The translations under genes and the position numbers were made by a program. Under the pieces are notes generated by a model. That model was not told the DNA's origin and did no database searches. It saw nothing but the letters and a program-made list of their open reading frames with translations. From a virus: a stretch of DNA of 64,000 nucleotides. Location of the stretch: the IMG/VR virus record IMGVR_UViG_3300033816_000195, positions 1 through 64,000 of that record; one strand, 5' to 3'. Of this stretch, positions 48,058 through 57,333 are shown piece after piece (position 1 is the first letter of the stretch; every line of letters begins with the position of its first letter).

Positions 48058-48734
48058 TATCTAAGTGAATTTTGACTATCATCAGCACCATCTGTAGGTA
48101 CTTGCATAGCCATAGTAAGTTCTTTAATTACAAATTGCTCTACTTCAGAAAATAAGTATTCTGGAAAAGGTAAAGGTTGGTCTTGTCTAATTACACAAGA
48201 ATCTTCATTATCTTCTCCACATTGATAACCTAATGTATCTCCTTGAAATATTGCTTCAACTCTAACTGCGTCCCAGTCTACATTTGGTAAATATAAATAA
48301 CCATTAAGATACCAAAAGTATTGTTTCTTATTATATTTAAAAGTAGTACTCCTAGTCATAGATACCCATGTACCCGGATCAGTTCTATATAATTCTATAG
48401 AACCATCTATAGAAGATACAGTACGTATAATAGGGCCAAATATACCATCAAGTATAGTTGGTAATTTTTCTTTAGATCTTTTAAAGTAACAACCTGAATA
48501 TACACCAATACATTGAGCTTCTACTTTATCTACACTAATTAATTCTACATAAGGTAAAACATTAAATATAGAACTTATTTTCATTAGTCTAAATTGGTTA
48601 TCTTCTCTTTTAAGAAGAGTTTGGCCATACTTAAGTAATGAAAAATATATAGTTCTATCAGTCAAGAAAGGATCTTCTTTAACTGCCTTTAGAGTATTTC
48701 TAACTCTTGATATTGCTTCACCTATTGTTGTCAT
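48057..48734 (-). CDS. tail ring/adaptor protein
   Basis: Motifs DPFLTDR, RSKEKLP, YLNGYLY and RVEAIF resemble crAss ring proteins. Confidence 0.65.
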   Translation of the reverse strand: MTTIGEAISRVRNTLKAVKEDPFLTDRTIYFSLLKYGQTLLKREDNQFRLMKISSIFNVLPYVELISVDKVEAQCIGVYSGCYFKRSKEKLPTILDGIFGPIIRTVSSIDGSIELYRTDPGTWVSMTRSTTFKYNKKQYFWYLNGYLYLPNVDWDAVRVEAIFQGDTLGYQCGEDNEDSCVIRQDQPLPFPEYLFSEVEQFVIKELTMAMQVPTDGADDSQNSLR

Positions 48735-49312
48735 ATATCAAATTCATTATAGTTTTTTAAAGCATGTAGAGTCTTTGTCTTTAACATGTTTTTATAAACA
48801 GTTTTACTATATTGTGTTTTAATTTGTAATTTTGGTTCAACTACTAAATACATATTCCAGTTCTCCGGATATGATTTAGCAACTGATCTTTTAAATTCTC
48901 TACAAGCAGTAAACCCCCAAAATTCTCTATTTTTAATTTTATGCTTATTAGCACTATTGCTATAAAATATTTTAGCTAGTTTACCATCTGTTCCTAAATT
49001 ATTATTAGTTACAGTTACGCCATATTTTAAAGACTTACCAAAATCCACATTTTTCTTTTTACTTGTTTGACAAGTTCCAATAAACAACCAGCCTAATGAT
49101 TCAGGTAGTTGTATACCATCTCTTGTTTCAATTACTGTATTGAATAATGTTTTATTGTATGTCTTTATAATATTTTTCAAAACACTATTTTCTAGATTCT
49201 TATATCTAGGAAATTTTTTTTTAAAACTGTCAAAGAACTCTTTTTCTAAAATGTTGTGTACTCTAGGTCTAAATCTTGGAGCACTAATGTCAGGTTGCTT
49301 AAATTCCTTCAT
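48731..49312 (-). CDS. HU/IHF-like DNA-binding protein (crAss conserved gene)
   Basis: Basic protein with helix-helix followed by GIQLPESLGWLFI and FTACREFKR. Conserved position upstream of the tail ring genes. Confidence 0.55.
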   Translation of the reverse strand: MKEFKQPDISAPRFRPRVHNILEKEFFDSFKKKFPRYKNLENSVLKNIIKTYNKTLFNTVIETRDGIQLPESLGWLFIGTCQTSKKKNVDFGKSLKYGVTVTNNNLGTDGKLAKIFYSNSANKHKIKNREFWGFTACREFKRSVAKSYPENWNMYLVVEPKLQIKTQYSKTVYKNMLKTKTLHALKNYNEFDI

Positions 49313-49313
49313 A

Positions 49314-49345
49314 ATAATATACTAAAAATAAATGAGATTAACAAA
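49314..49345 (-). promoter_or_regulatory. putative promoter TTTG-N20-TATATTAT (its -33 box overlaps a perfect TATATTTG at 49342-49349)
   Basis: Bacteroidota-type elements immediately downstream of a terminator. Confidence 0.6.
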
Positions 49346-49351
49346 TATACG

Positions 49352-49386
49352 AATAAAACAAAACCCTCACTAGTGTGAGGGCTTTG
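49352..49386 (-). terminator. Rho-independent terminator
   Basis: On the minus strand, CAAAGCCCTCAC-ACTA-GTGAGGGTTTTG followed by TTTTATT. Confidence 0.8.
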
Positions 49387-49426
49387 CCTTGTTTGTTACA
49401 GAAAATACCAACAAACCTGCAACATC
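49352..49426 (-). ncRNA. candidate structured 3'-UTR / small RNA (hairpin with UUUGUUGGU loop + terminator)
   Basis: An 8-bp stem TGTTGCAG/CTGTAACA (one G-U pair) encloses GTTTGTTGGTATTTT and is followed by the terminator. Confidence 0.35.
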
Positions 49427-49672
49427 TTAAGGTGCTGGACAAAAGTATCCCACAATTAATCTTAAAGCTTCTGCCATATTAGTATTACTAGGCACCACTG
49501 TATCTCCATTACATGTAATAGGTTCACCTGTATAGATTATACACTGAGCATCAAAAACTTCAGAACATGGTTCTGGTTCTGGACATCCTTGTGGAGTAGG
49601 ACATGGTGCAGGACTTGTCAAGAAACTATCTTGACATCCACAATTCTTTTTACATGTATTTGTAGTTGCCAT
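49427..49672 (-). CDS. small Cys-rich virion-associated protein
   Basis: 81 aa. The PCSE…CIIYTG…C domain is paralogous to the N-terminus of the 468-aa neighbour. Confidence 0.7.
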   Translation of the reverse strand: MATTNTCKKNCGCQDSFLTSPAPCPTPQGCPEPEPCSEVFDAQCIIYTGEPITCNGDTVVPSNTNMAEALRLIVGYFCPAP

Positions 49673-49678
49673 TTTTTA

Positions 49679-51085
49679 TTATTTTATTCTTTGTACTGAA
49701 AATCTTATTACATCTCCTGTTTCAGATAAGTAATCATAATTTGTAAGATTAATTACCTTTAAACATATTTGTGTTCCTGTTGTAAGTTTTCTAGTAAAAG
49801 ATCCATTTATTGATGAATGTTTTTGTGTAACTACTGGAGAGTTATTATTTACACAATAAAACTGACAACCAGTTGGACTCATGATTCCTGCTGTAATCAT
49901 TCCTGGGACACCAGCATCATACCAACCGGTACCTACATCTTTTGTAAGATGAGCAAAAAATGATATTTGATATACACCATCTGTAGGAACTGTAAATATA
50001 CCAGTTGTACTGTCATATGCTGCACCAAAGTCATTGTATTCTGCAGAACTCATTATTTGTATACTTCCATCACATAATCTACCTGTATTTAATCCAGGTG
50101 CGGTTTTTAGTATATTAGCTGGAGGACTTAGAAAAACACTAAGACCTGGTTTTTCAGTTTCAGCTACTTCATATGTAGTTACTGTACCTACAGTAGATGC
50201 TGTTACAGTTATCCAATCACCAGCAGTTACTACTGAAGTTGGTGCAACATAACTAGTAAAGCCGTTATAAAGATCACATACAACTAACCATAAATTATTA
50301 ATAGCTCCGGCAGCTGTATCTACACTTAATGAAGATACCCATCCTGCAAGAGAGCCGTAAGTTACAGCTGGGTTACTTAATGTAGCATCTCCATCTGCAA
50401 TGCATTGGGATGTAACTGCACTAATTATATCTGCTGGTAATCCAGTTGCATTTATTAATGCACAATAACCATTTGTATCATCATTTATTAAAGCAGTAAG
50501 AACAGCATCAATCTGATATGTTCCACCTGCAGTTATTGTTGCACTTAAATTACAATCAACTAATATAGAAGGTAATGTATATGTAGGTAAGTTGTCTATC
50601 TGATTTTGAATATCTATAATAGATATCTCTACATTATCTATTCTATTATTTATGTTTGCAATTTCTGTTATAAGACCACATATTTTATTTGCTATTGCCT
50701 GTACATAATCTAATAATTGCATAGTAGTTTGAGTACCTACAACAAAACAAGGAGCTACTGAAACTACACAATCAGGACAACCTGAAGTTGCTCCATCTGT
50801 TCTTGATGGTAAATTTTCTATAGAACAAATTTGATCAATTAGAAATTGAATAAGTGCTTGAAAATCTTGAGGACCACACGCATTTATATTAAAACAAGTA
50901 AGGTCATAATTATCTACTTTTAAAGTATCTAATACTGTACAAAGTTCAGTAGCAATTTTATATACTACATCAGATACAGTATCTCCTGTACATAATTTAA
51001 TACAAGGAATATCAGGACCCTGCCAAATTACACAATTACTTGAAATTGGACTACAAGGTTTATTATCTAAATTTAATGGTTTCAT
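49679..51085 (-). CDS. Cys-rich fibre protein with coiled coil and C-terminal C1q-like domain
   Basis: N-terminus CSPISSNCVIWQGPDIPC, heptad region IANINNRIDNVEISIIDIQNQI, and C1q signature YNDFGAAYDSTTGIFTVPTDGVYQISF. Confidence 0.7.
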   Translation of the reverse strand: MKPLNLDNKPCSPISSNCVIWQGPDIPCIKLCTGDTVSDVVYKIATELCTVLDTLKVDNYDLTCFNINACGPQDFQALIQFLIDQICSIENLPSRTDGATSGCPDCVVSVAPCFVVGTQTTMQLLDYVQAIANKICGLITEIANINNRIDNVEISIIDIQNQIDNLPTYTLPSILVDCNLSATITAGGTYQIDAVLTALINDDTNGYCALINATGLPADIISAVTSQCIADGDATLSNPAVTYGSLAGWVSSLSVDTAAGAINNLWLVVCDLYNGFTSYVAPTSVVTAGDWITVTASTVGTVTTYEVAETEKPGLSVFLSPPANILKTAPGLNTGRLCDGSIQIMSSAEYNDFGAAYDSTTGIFTVPTDGVYQISFFAHLTKDVGTGWYDAGVPGMITAGIMSPTGCQFYCVNNNSPVVTQKHSSINGSFTRKLTTGTQICLKVINLTNYDYLSETGDVIRFSVQRIK

Positions 51086-51099
51086 ATTGTTCTTATTAT

Positions 51100-51131
51100 A
51101 TAATATACAAAATATAATTAAGAATTACAAG
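51100..51131 (-). promoter_or_regulatory. putative promoter CTTG-N20-TATATTAT
   Basis: Same motif and spacing as at 49314, 37456 and 56078. Confidence 0.5.
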
Positions 51132-53475
51132 TCTTACTTGTAGTACATCCGCAATCAGGTACTGGACAACCACATGATGATGGTTTACATACATAATTAG
51201 GATCTACTAAAGCTTGTAAATCTATCAGTTCTTTTTTAATTAGCCATTTATCATCTTCTTCCGGACAACAATTACTTATTCCATATCTAAGAGTCATTAC
51301 TTGTTTATATAATATCTCAGATGCTTTACAAGTTATTTTCTCATATTTATCAGTACTACATACTGGAGTTTTATAACCTGGTTTAACTTTTCTTATAGGA
51401 TAATTTTTTGGACAGTCCCATTGAAATTTTATAGTCTCAGTACAATTACCAAAGTATTCTATATTATCTGTAGGGTATGTTGTAAGCCAAACAAATAAAC
51501 ATAATTTACCTGAAGACTCTCCGGGTTGTAAAGTAATCTGTTTTTCTACACTATTACAGTCTATATAGTCGTATACATGCTCTACTGTATCATAGTTTTT
51601 TATTCTGCTACATACACATGCATAATTTTCAGTACAAGCATCACAAGTTATATATTGTTCTACAACAGTTATATTTTCTATTGTATCTGGTTCTCTTGTT
51701 TCTTCAATAGTAAAACAAGAGTCACAGTTTTCTATTTTTATGATTGCACCACTATATCCTGATAAATCTGTAGTAGTATAAATAACATTATTAGGGTTAA
51801 GACAATCTATAAGTTTATAGATAATACTAGTGCATATGCTACAATTATCAAATGAATAATCTGGAACAATAGGTATATCTGTAGGAGGTTGATAGTTTAT
51901 TAATTCAACTGTATAACATCCGCAGTTAAATTCTATTGTTTTACCAACATATAAAGATAAATCAGATGTAGTATAAATAATAGGTAATGTTTCATCACAA
52001 CCTGTTAGTTTATAAGCTGTTACTCCTAAACATGTAGGGCAGTCACTAAAATATGTGAGTACTGTTACATTTATTGGACACTCACATTCTTCAGGTTGAT
52101 TAATATCTATTTGCCAGCATCCTTCATTATTAAGTAAAGTAACTACTTGGTTAAGATTATAATAAGATGATAAATCTGTTATTGTATTAATTACTTCTCC
52201 TGTTTCACAATTAGTTAGTTTATAACATATTGTTGGACACTCTCCATCAATACAATCTAATCCTTCAATTACTTGATATTGACCTGGAGTACCTGTTACA
52301 AAAGGATAAACAAATGAACAAAACTTTGTTTGTGTTGCATCTTTAATAACTTCTCCTTCACAGTTTATATATAGTAAAGTAGAAACTTGTCCTGTTATTT
52401 CAAAACATCTACAGTCACATGGTTCTGGTGGAGTAAGATCTACTGTTATATCTTCTACAGCATTATTACAATTTCCATTATTTGGAATTACAAACCAAGT
52501 TCCTACAATAGGTCCGCTAGGATTTGATACTGAAACAAATGTTCCAACATAAGCTGACATATTTGCTGTAGTATTAAAATATGTTCCATCACAATTATAA
52601 AGTGTATAACACTTCTTTTTACAAGATGGACATTCTAATGTATAATCAGCACAGTTAGTATTAGTATTTGATTTAGTATCAAATGTAACATTTTCTATAA
52701 ATGCCGGAGCTTCTGGTAATGCAGCATACTCAGCAATATCATTTATTGGAGCAATACCTACATCATATAATGTAAGACTATAACAAGTATTTTCTAAACC
52801 ATTTACTGGTGTACCTAAGTATTCATATACACCATTTGTATAACTACTAAGACTATTAGGTCTAAAGTATAAAATTGTATTTTCATCACAACAAGAAGTA
52901 AATGCCAAGTATTGTTCAGTTACAGAACAAGATGGACAATTAGGTGAGTTTACACAATCCGGTCCTTCATATGTAAAATCTTTAAAATCAGGACCAGCTG
53001 TTGTTACTGAATTACCTACAAAACTAATACTATAACAGCTACCTGGTTCAAATATAAAATCTCCTATAGTAAAAGGGGTTAATCCATCATATGAGTAAAC
53101 ACCATCTATTGTAAATTCTGTATCTAAATTTAAAGTAATTACATTTGCTGAGTCACAACAATTATATACTTCAAATGCATTTGGTGCTAAAGAATCACAT
53201 TCAGCACATCCTGGAAAAGTACATTGTTTTTCTGCATCTGTATATGTTGCAGGAGTAGGTGTTTGTGGATAAAAAGCTAATGTAGTTCCTTGATATTCTA
53301 TATCATAACAAAAACCTGAAGTAAATAGTATTCCATTAACTACAGCAGTAGGACCATTATATACCCAAATACCTTCATAGTTTGCAACTGCATCAGGTAT
53401 GTTAAAATATGGAGTAATTGCTTCTCCTAAATCAGGGCAGCAAGGTACAATAGTAAAGTAAGGAATACCAGCCAT
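51118..53475 (-). CDS. very Cys-rich repeat-containing structural protein (tail hub/fibre-like)
   Basis: Repeats beginning YKLxxC / YTLYNC / FxxxxCC with a TTxDLSxYVG core. Cys-cluster C-terminus (YGISNCC). Confidence 0.6.
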   Translation of the reverse strand: MAGIPYFTIVPCCPDLGEAITPYFNIPDAVANYEGIWVYNGPTAVVNGILFTSGFCYDIEYQGTTLAFYPQTPTPATYTDAEKQCTFPGCAECDSLAPNAFEVYNCCDSANVITLNLDTEFTIDGVYSYDGLTPFTIGDFIFEPGSCYSISFVGNSVTTAGPDFKDFTYEGPDCVNSPNCPSCSVTEQYLAFTSCCDENTILYFRPNSLSSYTNGVYEYLGTPVNGLENTCYSLTLYDVGIAPINDIAEYAALPEAPAFIENVTFDTKSNTNTNCADYTLECPSCKKKCYTLYNCDGTYFNTTANMSAYVGTFVSVSNPSGPIVGTWFVIPNNGNCNNAVEDITVDLTPPEPCDCRCFEITGQVSTLLYINCEGEVIKDATQTKFCSFVYPFVTGTPGQYQVIEGLDCIDGECPTICYKLTNCETGEVINTITDLSSYYNLNQVVTLLNNEGCWQIDINQPEECECPINVTVLTYFSDCPTCLGVTAYKLTGCDETLPIIYTTSDLSLYVGKTIEFNCGCYTVELINYQPPTDIPIVPDYSFDNCSICTSIIYKLIDCLNPNNVIYTTTDLSGYSGAIIKIENCDSCFTIEETREPDTIENITVVEQYITCDACTENYACVCSRIKNYDTVEHVYDYIDCNSVEKQITLQPGESSGKLCLFVWLTTYPTDNIEYFGNCTETIKFQWDCPKNYPIRKVKPGYKTPVCSTDKYEKITCKASEILYKQVMTLRYGISNCCPEEDDKWLIKKELIDLQALVDPNYVCKPSSCGCPVPDCGCTTSKTCNS

Positions 53476-53476
53476 T

Positions 53477-53674
53477 TTATCTATTTATAAATTTTTTTAA
53501 GTCATGATATCCATTTGCACCTGTTGGTGCTGTTCTAGATCTCACAGTATTTTTAGTTGAAGTAGTAGATGGTGCCTTACCAGCACAATTAACACACCCT
53601 ATACTTCCATTAGATAAGGTTCTCTTTTGACAACCACATCCAAGAGTAGCTCCGCAATTTGCACATTTAGCCAT
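53477..53674 (-). CDS. small Zn-finger-like protein (CxxC…CxC…CxxC)
   Basis: Begins MAKCANCGATLGCGCQ and contains CVNC. Tightly packed in the operon. Confidence 0.7.
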   Translation of the reverse strand: MAKCANCGATLGCGCQKRTLSNGSIGCVNCAGKAPSTTSTKNTVRSRTAPTGANGYHDLKKFINR

Positions 53675-53695
53675 AATTTGTTGGTTTTTAAATAA

Positions 53696-54256
53696 TTAAC
53701 AATTAGTACAACTTAATTTATTTAGTAACTTCAGTGCATAGTTATAAAGACTCATACCTTTTTGAGGCTCATGACAGTACTCTACTTTTGCTACTGCAGC
53801 ATCTAAATACATTTTAATTAATCTTAATTCTTCTAATCTTTGTTTAATTTTAAATGGAGGATCACAGGCATTTACATCAACATCACAAAGAATATTGTAA
53901 TATTTATTTAAAGCTTCTGTAATTCTCATATGGTTATATTCTACATAAACTATTTCATTAGGTGATACACTATACTTAATAATGTATATTCCATCTGGTA
54001 AGTTTACATACTCACTTCCACAATTTGTAGATTGCAATTGTAAATCACAAGCAGTTAATGTTAACTGACTTGTATTTATAAAATCATCCATAATACTTCC
54101 TGTAATTTCATTAGAATAACTAAATCCAGGTACTGTTATATTTAAAGTTGGACAAGTTACAGGTAATAAAATATTATAAACACTTGTATCAAATAACTTT
54201 AAAATACAAGGATTCATTACCAAAGGAACCTCTAAACTTAATACGTGATTTGCCAT
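53696..54256 (-). CDS. structural protein (tail hub-like)
   Basis: Motifs DTSVY, LNITVPGF and LPDGIYIIKYSVSP followed by a helical C-terminus, similar to crAss hub proteins. Confidence 0.55.
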   Translation of the reverse strand: MANHVLSLEVPLVMNPCILKLFDTSVYNILLPVTCPTLNITVPGFSYSNEITGSIMDDFINTSQLTLTACDLQLQSTNCGSEYVNLPDGIYIIKYSVSPNEIVYVEYNHMRITEALNKYYNILCDVDVNACDPPFKIKQRLEELRLIKMYLDAAVAKVEYCHEPQKGMSLYNYALKLLNKLSCTNC

Positions 54257-54269
54257 AATATTTTATTAT

Positions 54270-54305
54270 AAAAAAAGGGGAGGAGTTTGAAACTCTGCTC
54301 CCCTT
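54270..54305 (-). terminator. Rho-independent terminator
   Basis: On the minus strand, AAGGGGAG…CTCCCCTT followed by a T run. Confidence 0.8.
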
Positions 54306-54331
54306 ATATTAATAATTACTGTAATTCTAAT

Positions 54332-56047
54332 TTAGAATTTAACGTCTCCTTTACGTTTTGATACAATAGGTAATGGAGGAAACTGAATTGGAACATCACA
54401 AAATGTTTCACAACCATAACCTTCTAATTGACATACACCACAATTACTTAACCAGTTATTAATTAGTTCTATTGCATAACTATAACCACTACCAAGAGTC
54501 GTCGGGAAAATAAGTTGTAGCAAGTACTGATCATTATCAAATACTCCTGTAGGATTATTAAATCTTGGAACATTATGTTGTAAGTATAATGCATTGTATA
54601 ATGCAGATCTATTAATTGCAGTTACCAATTGGTTTCCTTGAGTAATCTCACGGATACGTAGATCTGTTGCTAAGAAGTTTTGTCTGTAAGACTCAGAAAG
54701 AATTAAATCTCTCAACATAGTCTCACCTAAACCATTAGCTTGAGTTGCTAAACACTCATGAACTACACAGATACCATCAAATGTACATGGATCACCATTA
54801 TAGTCTACTTCAGATAAATAAAGTTTAACCGGTTCTTTTTCATAGAAGTCAGTTAATTGGAATGTACAATCACCAAATTTAGTATCTACATAAGCACCTG
54901 CAATAATTAAACCTGCACATGCACCATCTACGTGAGCAACTCCCGCAGGATAGTTATCCCAAGTATCACCACCTAATGTTGCTAAATCTGCTGCAGAAGT
55001 TCCTGGAGCATACCAAAGAACACCAGCCTCATCTTGTACAACAATTCTTACAAAAGGATTTACTATAGGTGAATTAATAATAGCATCTGCCCATTTGATA
55101 AACACTTCTGTTGAGTTAACTGCAACAGGTGCAATTGAACCTTCTGGACAACATCCTGTATATGCATCTACAGTTAAGTAAGCATTGTGATTTAAGTAAC
55201 GTAATGCAGGGGAACCTTTAATATCTAAACGTAATGAATATGTTTCACCACATAAAAATTCTTTACAGCATGCAGTACCACCAGCTCCTGTAATAGGATC
55301 AAATCCTGTTGCAGTAATATTAGTAACTGTAATTTCAAAAGTACCTGATGTATCTCCAGGAATAGTAAGTGCATCACCTACAGTATATCCTTTACCAATA
55401 CCTGTACCATTTGTAAAAATATTAATACTTGTTACTTGACCAGAACCATTTGTAGTAACTAAAACAGTTGCACCAGTTCCTGTTCCACCATCAAGTTGAA
55501 TTGGAAAATCTACAAGATTAGCTGCAAGACCTGTAGCTGGACCACCTGTAGAACTAAAACTAGCTATTCCTCCTACAGGAACAGTAGCACCAGCACCAAA
55601 TGTATAATATGTAGAACCTACGTGTACTATTTCATTTTGTGGTTCACATGCATCAACAGAATAAAATCTTGATACATATTTAGGATTAATAACTTTAGAC
55701 TTGTTAGTTTCAGTATAACCTCCTGCAAAAGGACCAATTTTGTCATTATTGTATATTGCAGAACCTGCAATAAATACATTACAACAAGACTTTAGATCAT
55801 TCTCACTAGCTGATAGTTGTGAACCTGAATTAAAGATTCCAACATAACCAGATTGATATGTACTATAATTTGTTTCTGCAAGCGCAGATAAAGAATTAAG
55901 TACATAAGTTGGTAATCCACTAGTCTCTAATACACCTCCTTGGGTAACAGCAGTAGTTACTGTCCCGTCTAATAAAGTAACTGATGTAGATTGACTTTCA
56001 CCAGTTGCTAAAAACGTTTTTCTAAACGCATGATTAAAATAAGCCAT
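54332..56047 (-). CDS. structural protein, probably auxiliary capsid protein, with a Gly/Thr-rich beta insertion
   Basis: Located after the ring gene. Contains ANGLGE…ESYRQ and the insertion GGTGTGATV…GKGYTVGD. Has its own promoter and terminator. Confidence 0.55.
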   Translation of the reverse strand: MAYFNHAFRKTFLATGESQSTSVTLLDGTVTTAVTQGGVLETSGLPTYVLNSLSALAETNYSTYQSGYVGIFNSGSQLSASENDLKSCCNVFIAGSAIYNNDKIGPFAGGYTETNKSKVINPKYVSRFYSVDACEPQNEIVHVGSTYYTFGAGATVPVGGIASFSSTGGPATGLAANLVDFPIQLDGGTGTGATVLVTTNGSGQVTSINIFTNGTGIGKGYTVGDALTIPGDTSGTFEITVTNITATGFDPITGAGGTACCKEFLCGETYSLRLDIKGSPALRYLNHNAYLTVDAYTGCCPEGSIAPVAVNSTEVFIKWADAIINSPIVNPFVRIVVQDEAGVLWYAPGTSAADLATLGGDTWDNYPAGVAHVDGACAGLIIAGAYVDTKFGDCTFQLTDFYEKEPVKLYLSEVDYNGDPCTFDGICVVHECLATQANGLGETMLRDLILSESYRQNFLATDLRIREITQGNQLVTAINRSALYNALYLQHNVPRFNNPTGVFDNDQYLLQLIFPTTLGSGYSYAIELINNWLSNCGVCQLEGYGCETFCDVPIQFPPLPIVSKRKGDVKF

Positions 56048-56077
56048 TTTTTCTAATTTTTAATTAATAAACATAAT

Positions 56078-56108
56078 ATAATATAATAAATCTTTTTGAA
56101 ATAACAAA
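56078..56108 (-). promoter_or_regulatory. putative promoter TTTG-N19-TATATTAT
   Basis: Bacteroidota-type -33/-7 spacing with the same variant -7 box. Confidence 0.55.
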
Positions 56109-56110
56109 AT

Positions 56111-56629
56111 TTATTTCAAGAAAAGTAATTTATACTTAGTAGAATTAATTGAGTCTTTAACAAGATCTAAGTTGTTTACTATCTCAGAATAAGGTAACAT
56201 ACCTTGTAATTTAGTAATCATTCCATACATATCTCTAAGATAAGCTACACCATCTGCAACAGTATCAAGTGTTCTAGGTGTAACATCTTTACAGTTTAAT
56301 ATTTTTTCTGTTACTCCTTGGTAACCTTCTACAAGTGTATCTGCATGTCCAGGTAAACCATCATAGAAATCCCCAATAGCAACATGAGCAGCATAAGATC
56401 CTTCTCCGGTTACTTTAAGATGTAATTTATGAAAACTATTTCTAGCATTCATAAGTTCCATTGCACAAGCCGCTACCATTGTATCTAGTGAACTTCCACC
56501 TACACCAGCATCTGGAGTTGGTTGTGGTTTAGCTGGTTCTGACTTGGGTTGTGTTACAGTTACTTCCGGTCTACTTAAAGTTCTAGTAGATTCTGGATTT
56601 CTTTTAAGTAATCTTGATTTTGTTTCCAT
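56111..56629 (-). CDS. ferritin/Dps-like four-helix protein (DUF5856-like)
   Basis: Pattern HKLHL…SYAAH…FYD…D.LVE.YQG…KYKL matches phage Dps-like proteins. Confidence 0.75.
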   Translation of the reverse strand: METKSRLLKRNPESTRTLSRPEVTVTQPKSEPAKPQPTPDAGVGGSSLDTMVAACAMELMNARNSFHKLHLKVTGEGSYAAHVAIGDFYDGLPGHADTLVEGYQGVTEKILNCKDVTPRTLDTVADGVAYLRDMYGMITKLQGMLPYSEIVNNLDLVKDSINSTKYKLLFLK

Positions 56630-56631
56630 AT

Positions 56632-57330
56632 TTAGTTGTTACGTTCTGCAGTTTCTGTACCTCTTGAGAATTGGTTTCCTGACTCAATATCTCCAGCAAG
56701 TATACTAACTGCTTCATCTATTATTAATTCTATTATATCATCTTTAAATTCACATTGTATTTCTGTTGTAGATGCAACTCCAGTATAAGGATCTATACAA
56801 CCTTGTATTTGTATTTTAATAGGTTGTCTATAGTAAACTAAGTCTGCTTGTGAAATATCAAAATCATTATTTGTATAAATATTTACACCATTTCCTTTTA
56901 GTGTGGCAAAAGTTTCTGCCCATTCAAAGTTTGGTTGTTTAGCTTTATCTCTGAGAAGTTGATTAAGATTTCCTTCTTCTGCTAAATAAACAGTCATTCT
57001 TCTTTTATCACAACAATCTTTATTTGCAAAAACATCTACTCTTTTCCATTGTAAATAATCTCCGGGAATAGTAGTCCTATAGTAGTAGTCTTTATCTTGT
57101 AAAGAAAGTGTACTTGTAACAAGTAATGCCTGAAGATCATCTTTTCTTCTGGTAGATTGTTCATCTCCTTCTCTCACAGGATTAATCCCATGCAGCTGCC
57201 TTCTAGCCCATTCCACCTGAGCTTTATTAAAAGACTCAACTACCTGCCAGCATTCTATGTTATCATAGTCTTGACTATCAAGCTTGTTAAGCCTTTGTTT
57301 CATCTTTATGGTAATAGTACTATTGAGCAT
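56632..57330 (-). CDS. tail ring / head-tail connector protein
   Basis: Motifs LNKLDS, FNKAQ, YYRQP and CEF…ELIIDEAV resemble crAss ring proteins. Confidence 0.7.
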   Translation of the reverse strand: MLNSTITIKMKQRLNKLDSQDYDNIECWQVVESFNKAQVEWARRQLHGINPVREGDEQSTRRKDDLQALLVTSTLSLQDKDYYYRTTIPGDYLQWKRVDVFANKDCCDKRRMTVYLAEEGNLNQLLRDKAKQPNFEWAETFATLKGNGVNIYTNNDFDISQADLVYYRQPIKIQIQGCIDPYTGVASTTEIQCEFKDDIIELIIDEAVSILAGDIESGNQFSRGTETAERNN

Positions 57331-57333
57331 GTC

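Noticed and set aside
55320-55560. Contractile tail sheath call for the 571-aa protein because of its GGTGTGAT…GYTVGD segment
   Set aside because: That Gly/Thr beta motif is a mobile insertion in many virion proteins. The gene context (ring and muzzle genes, no baseplate or tape measure) indicates a podovirus.
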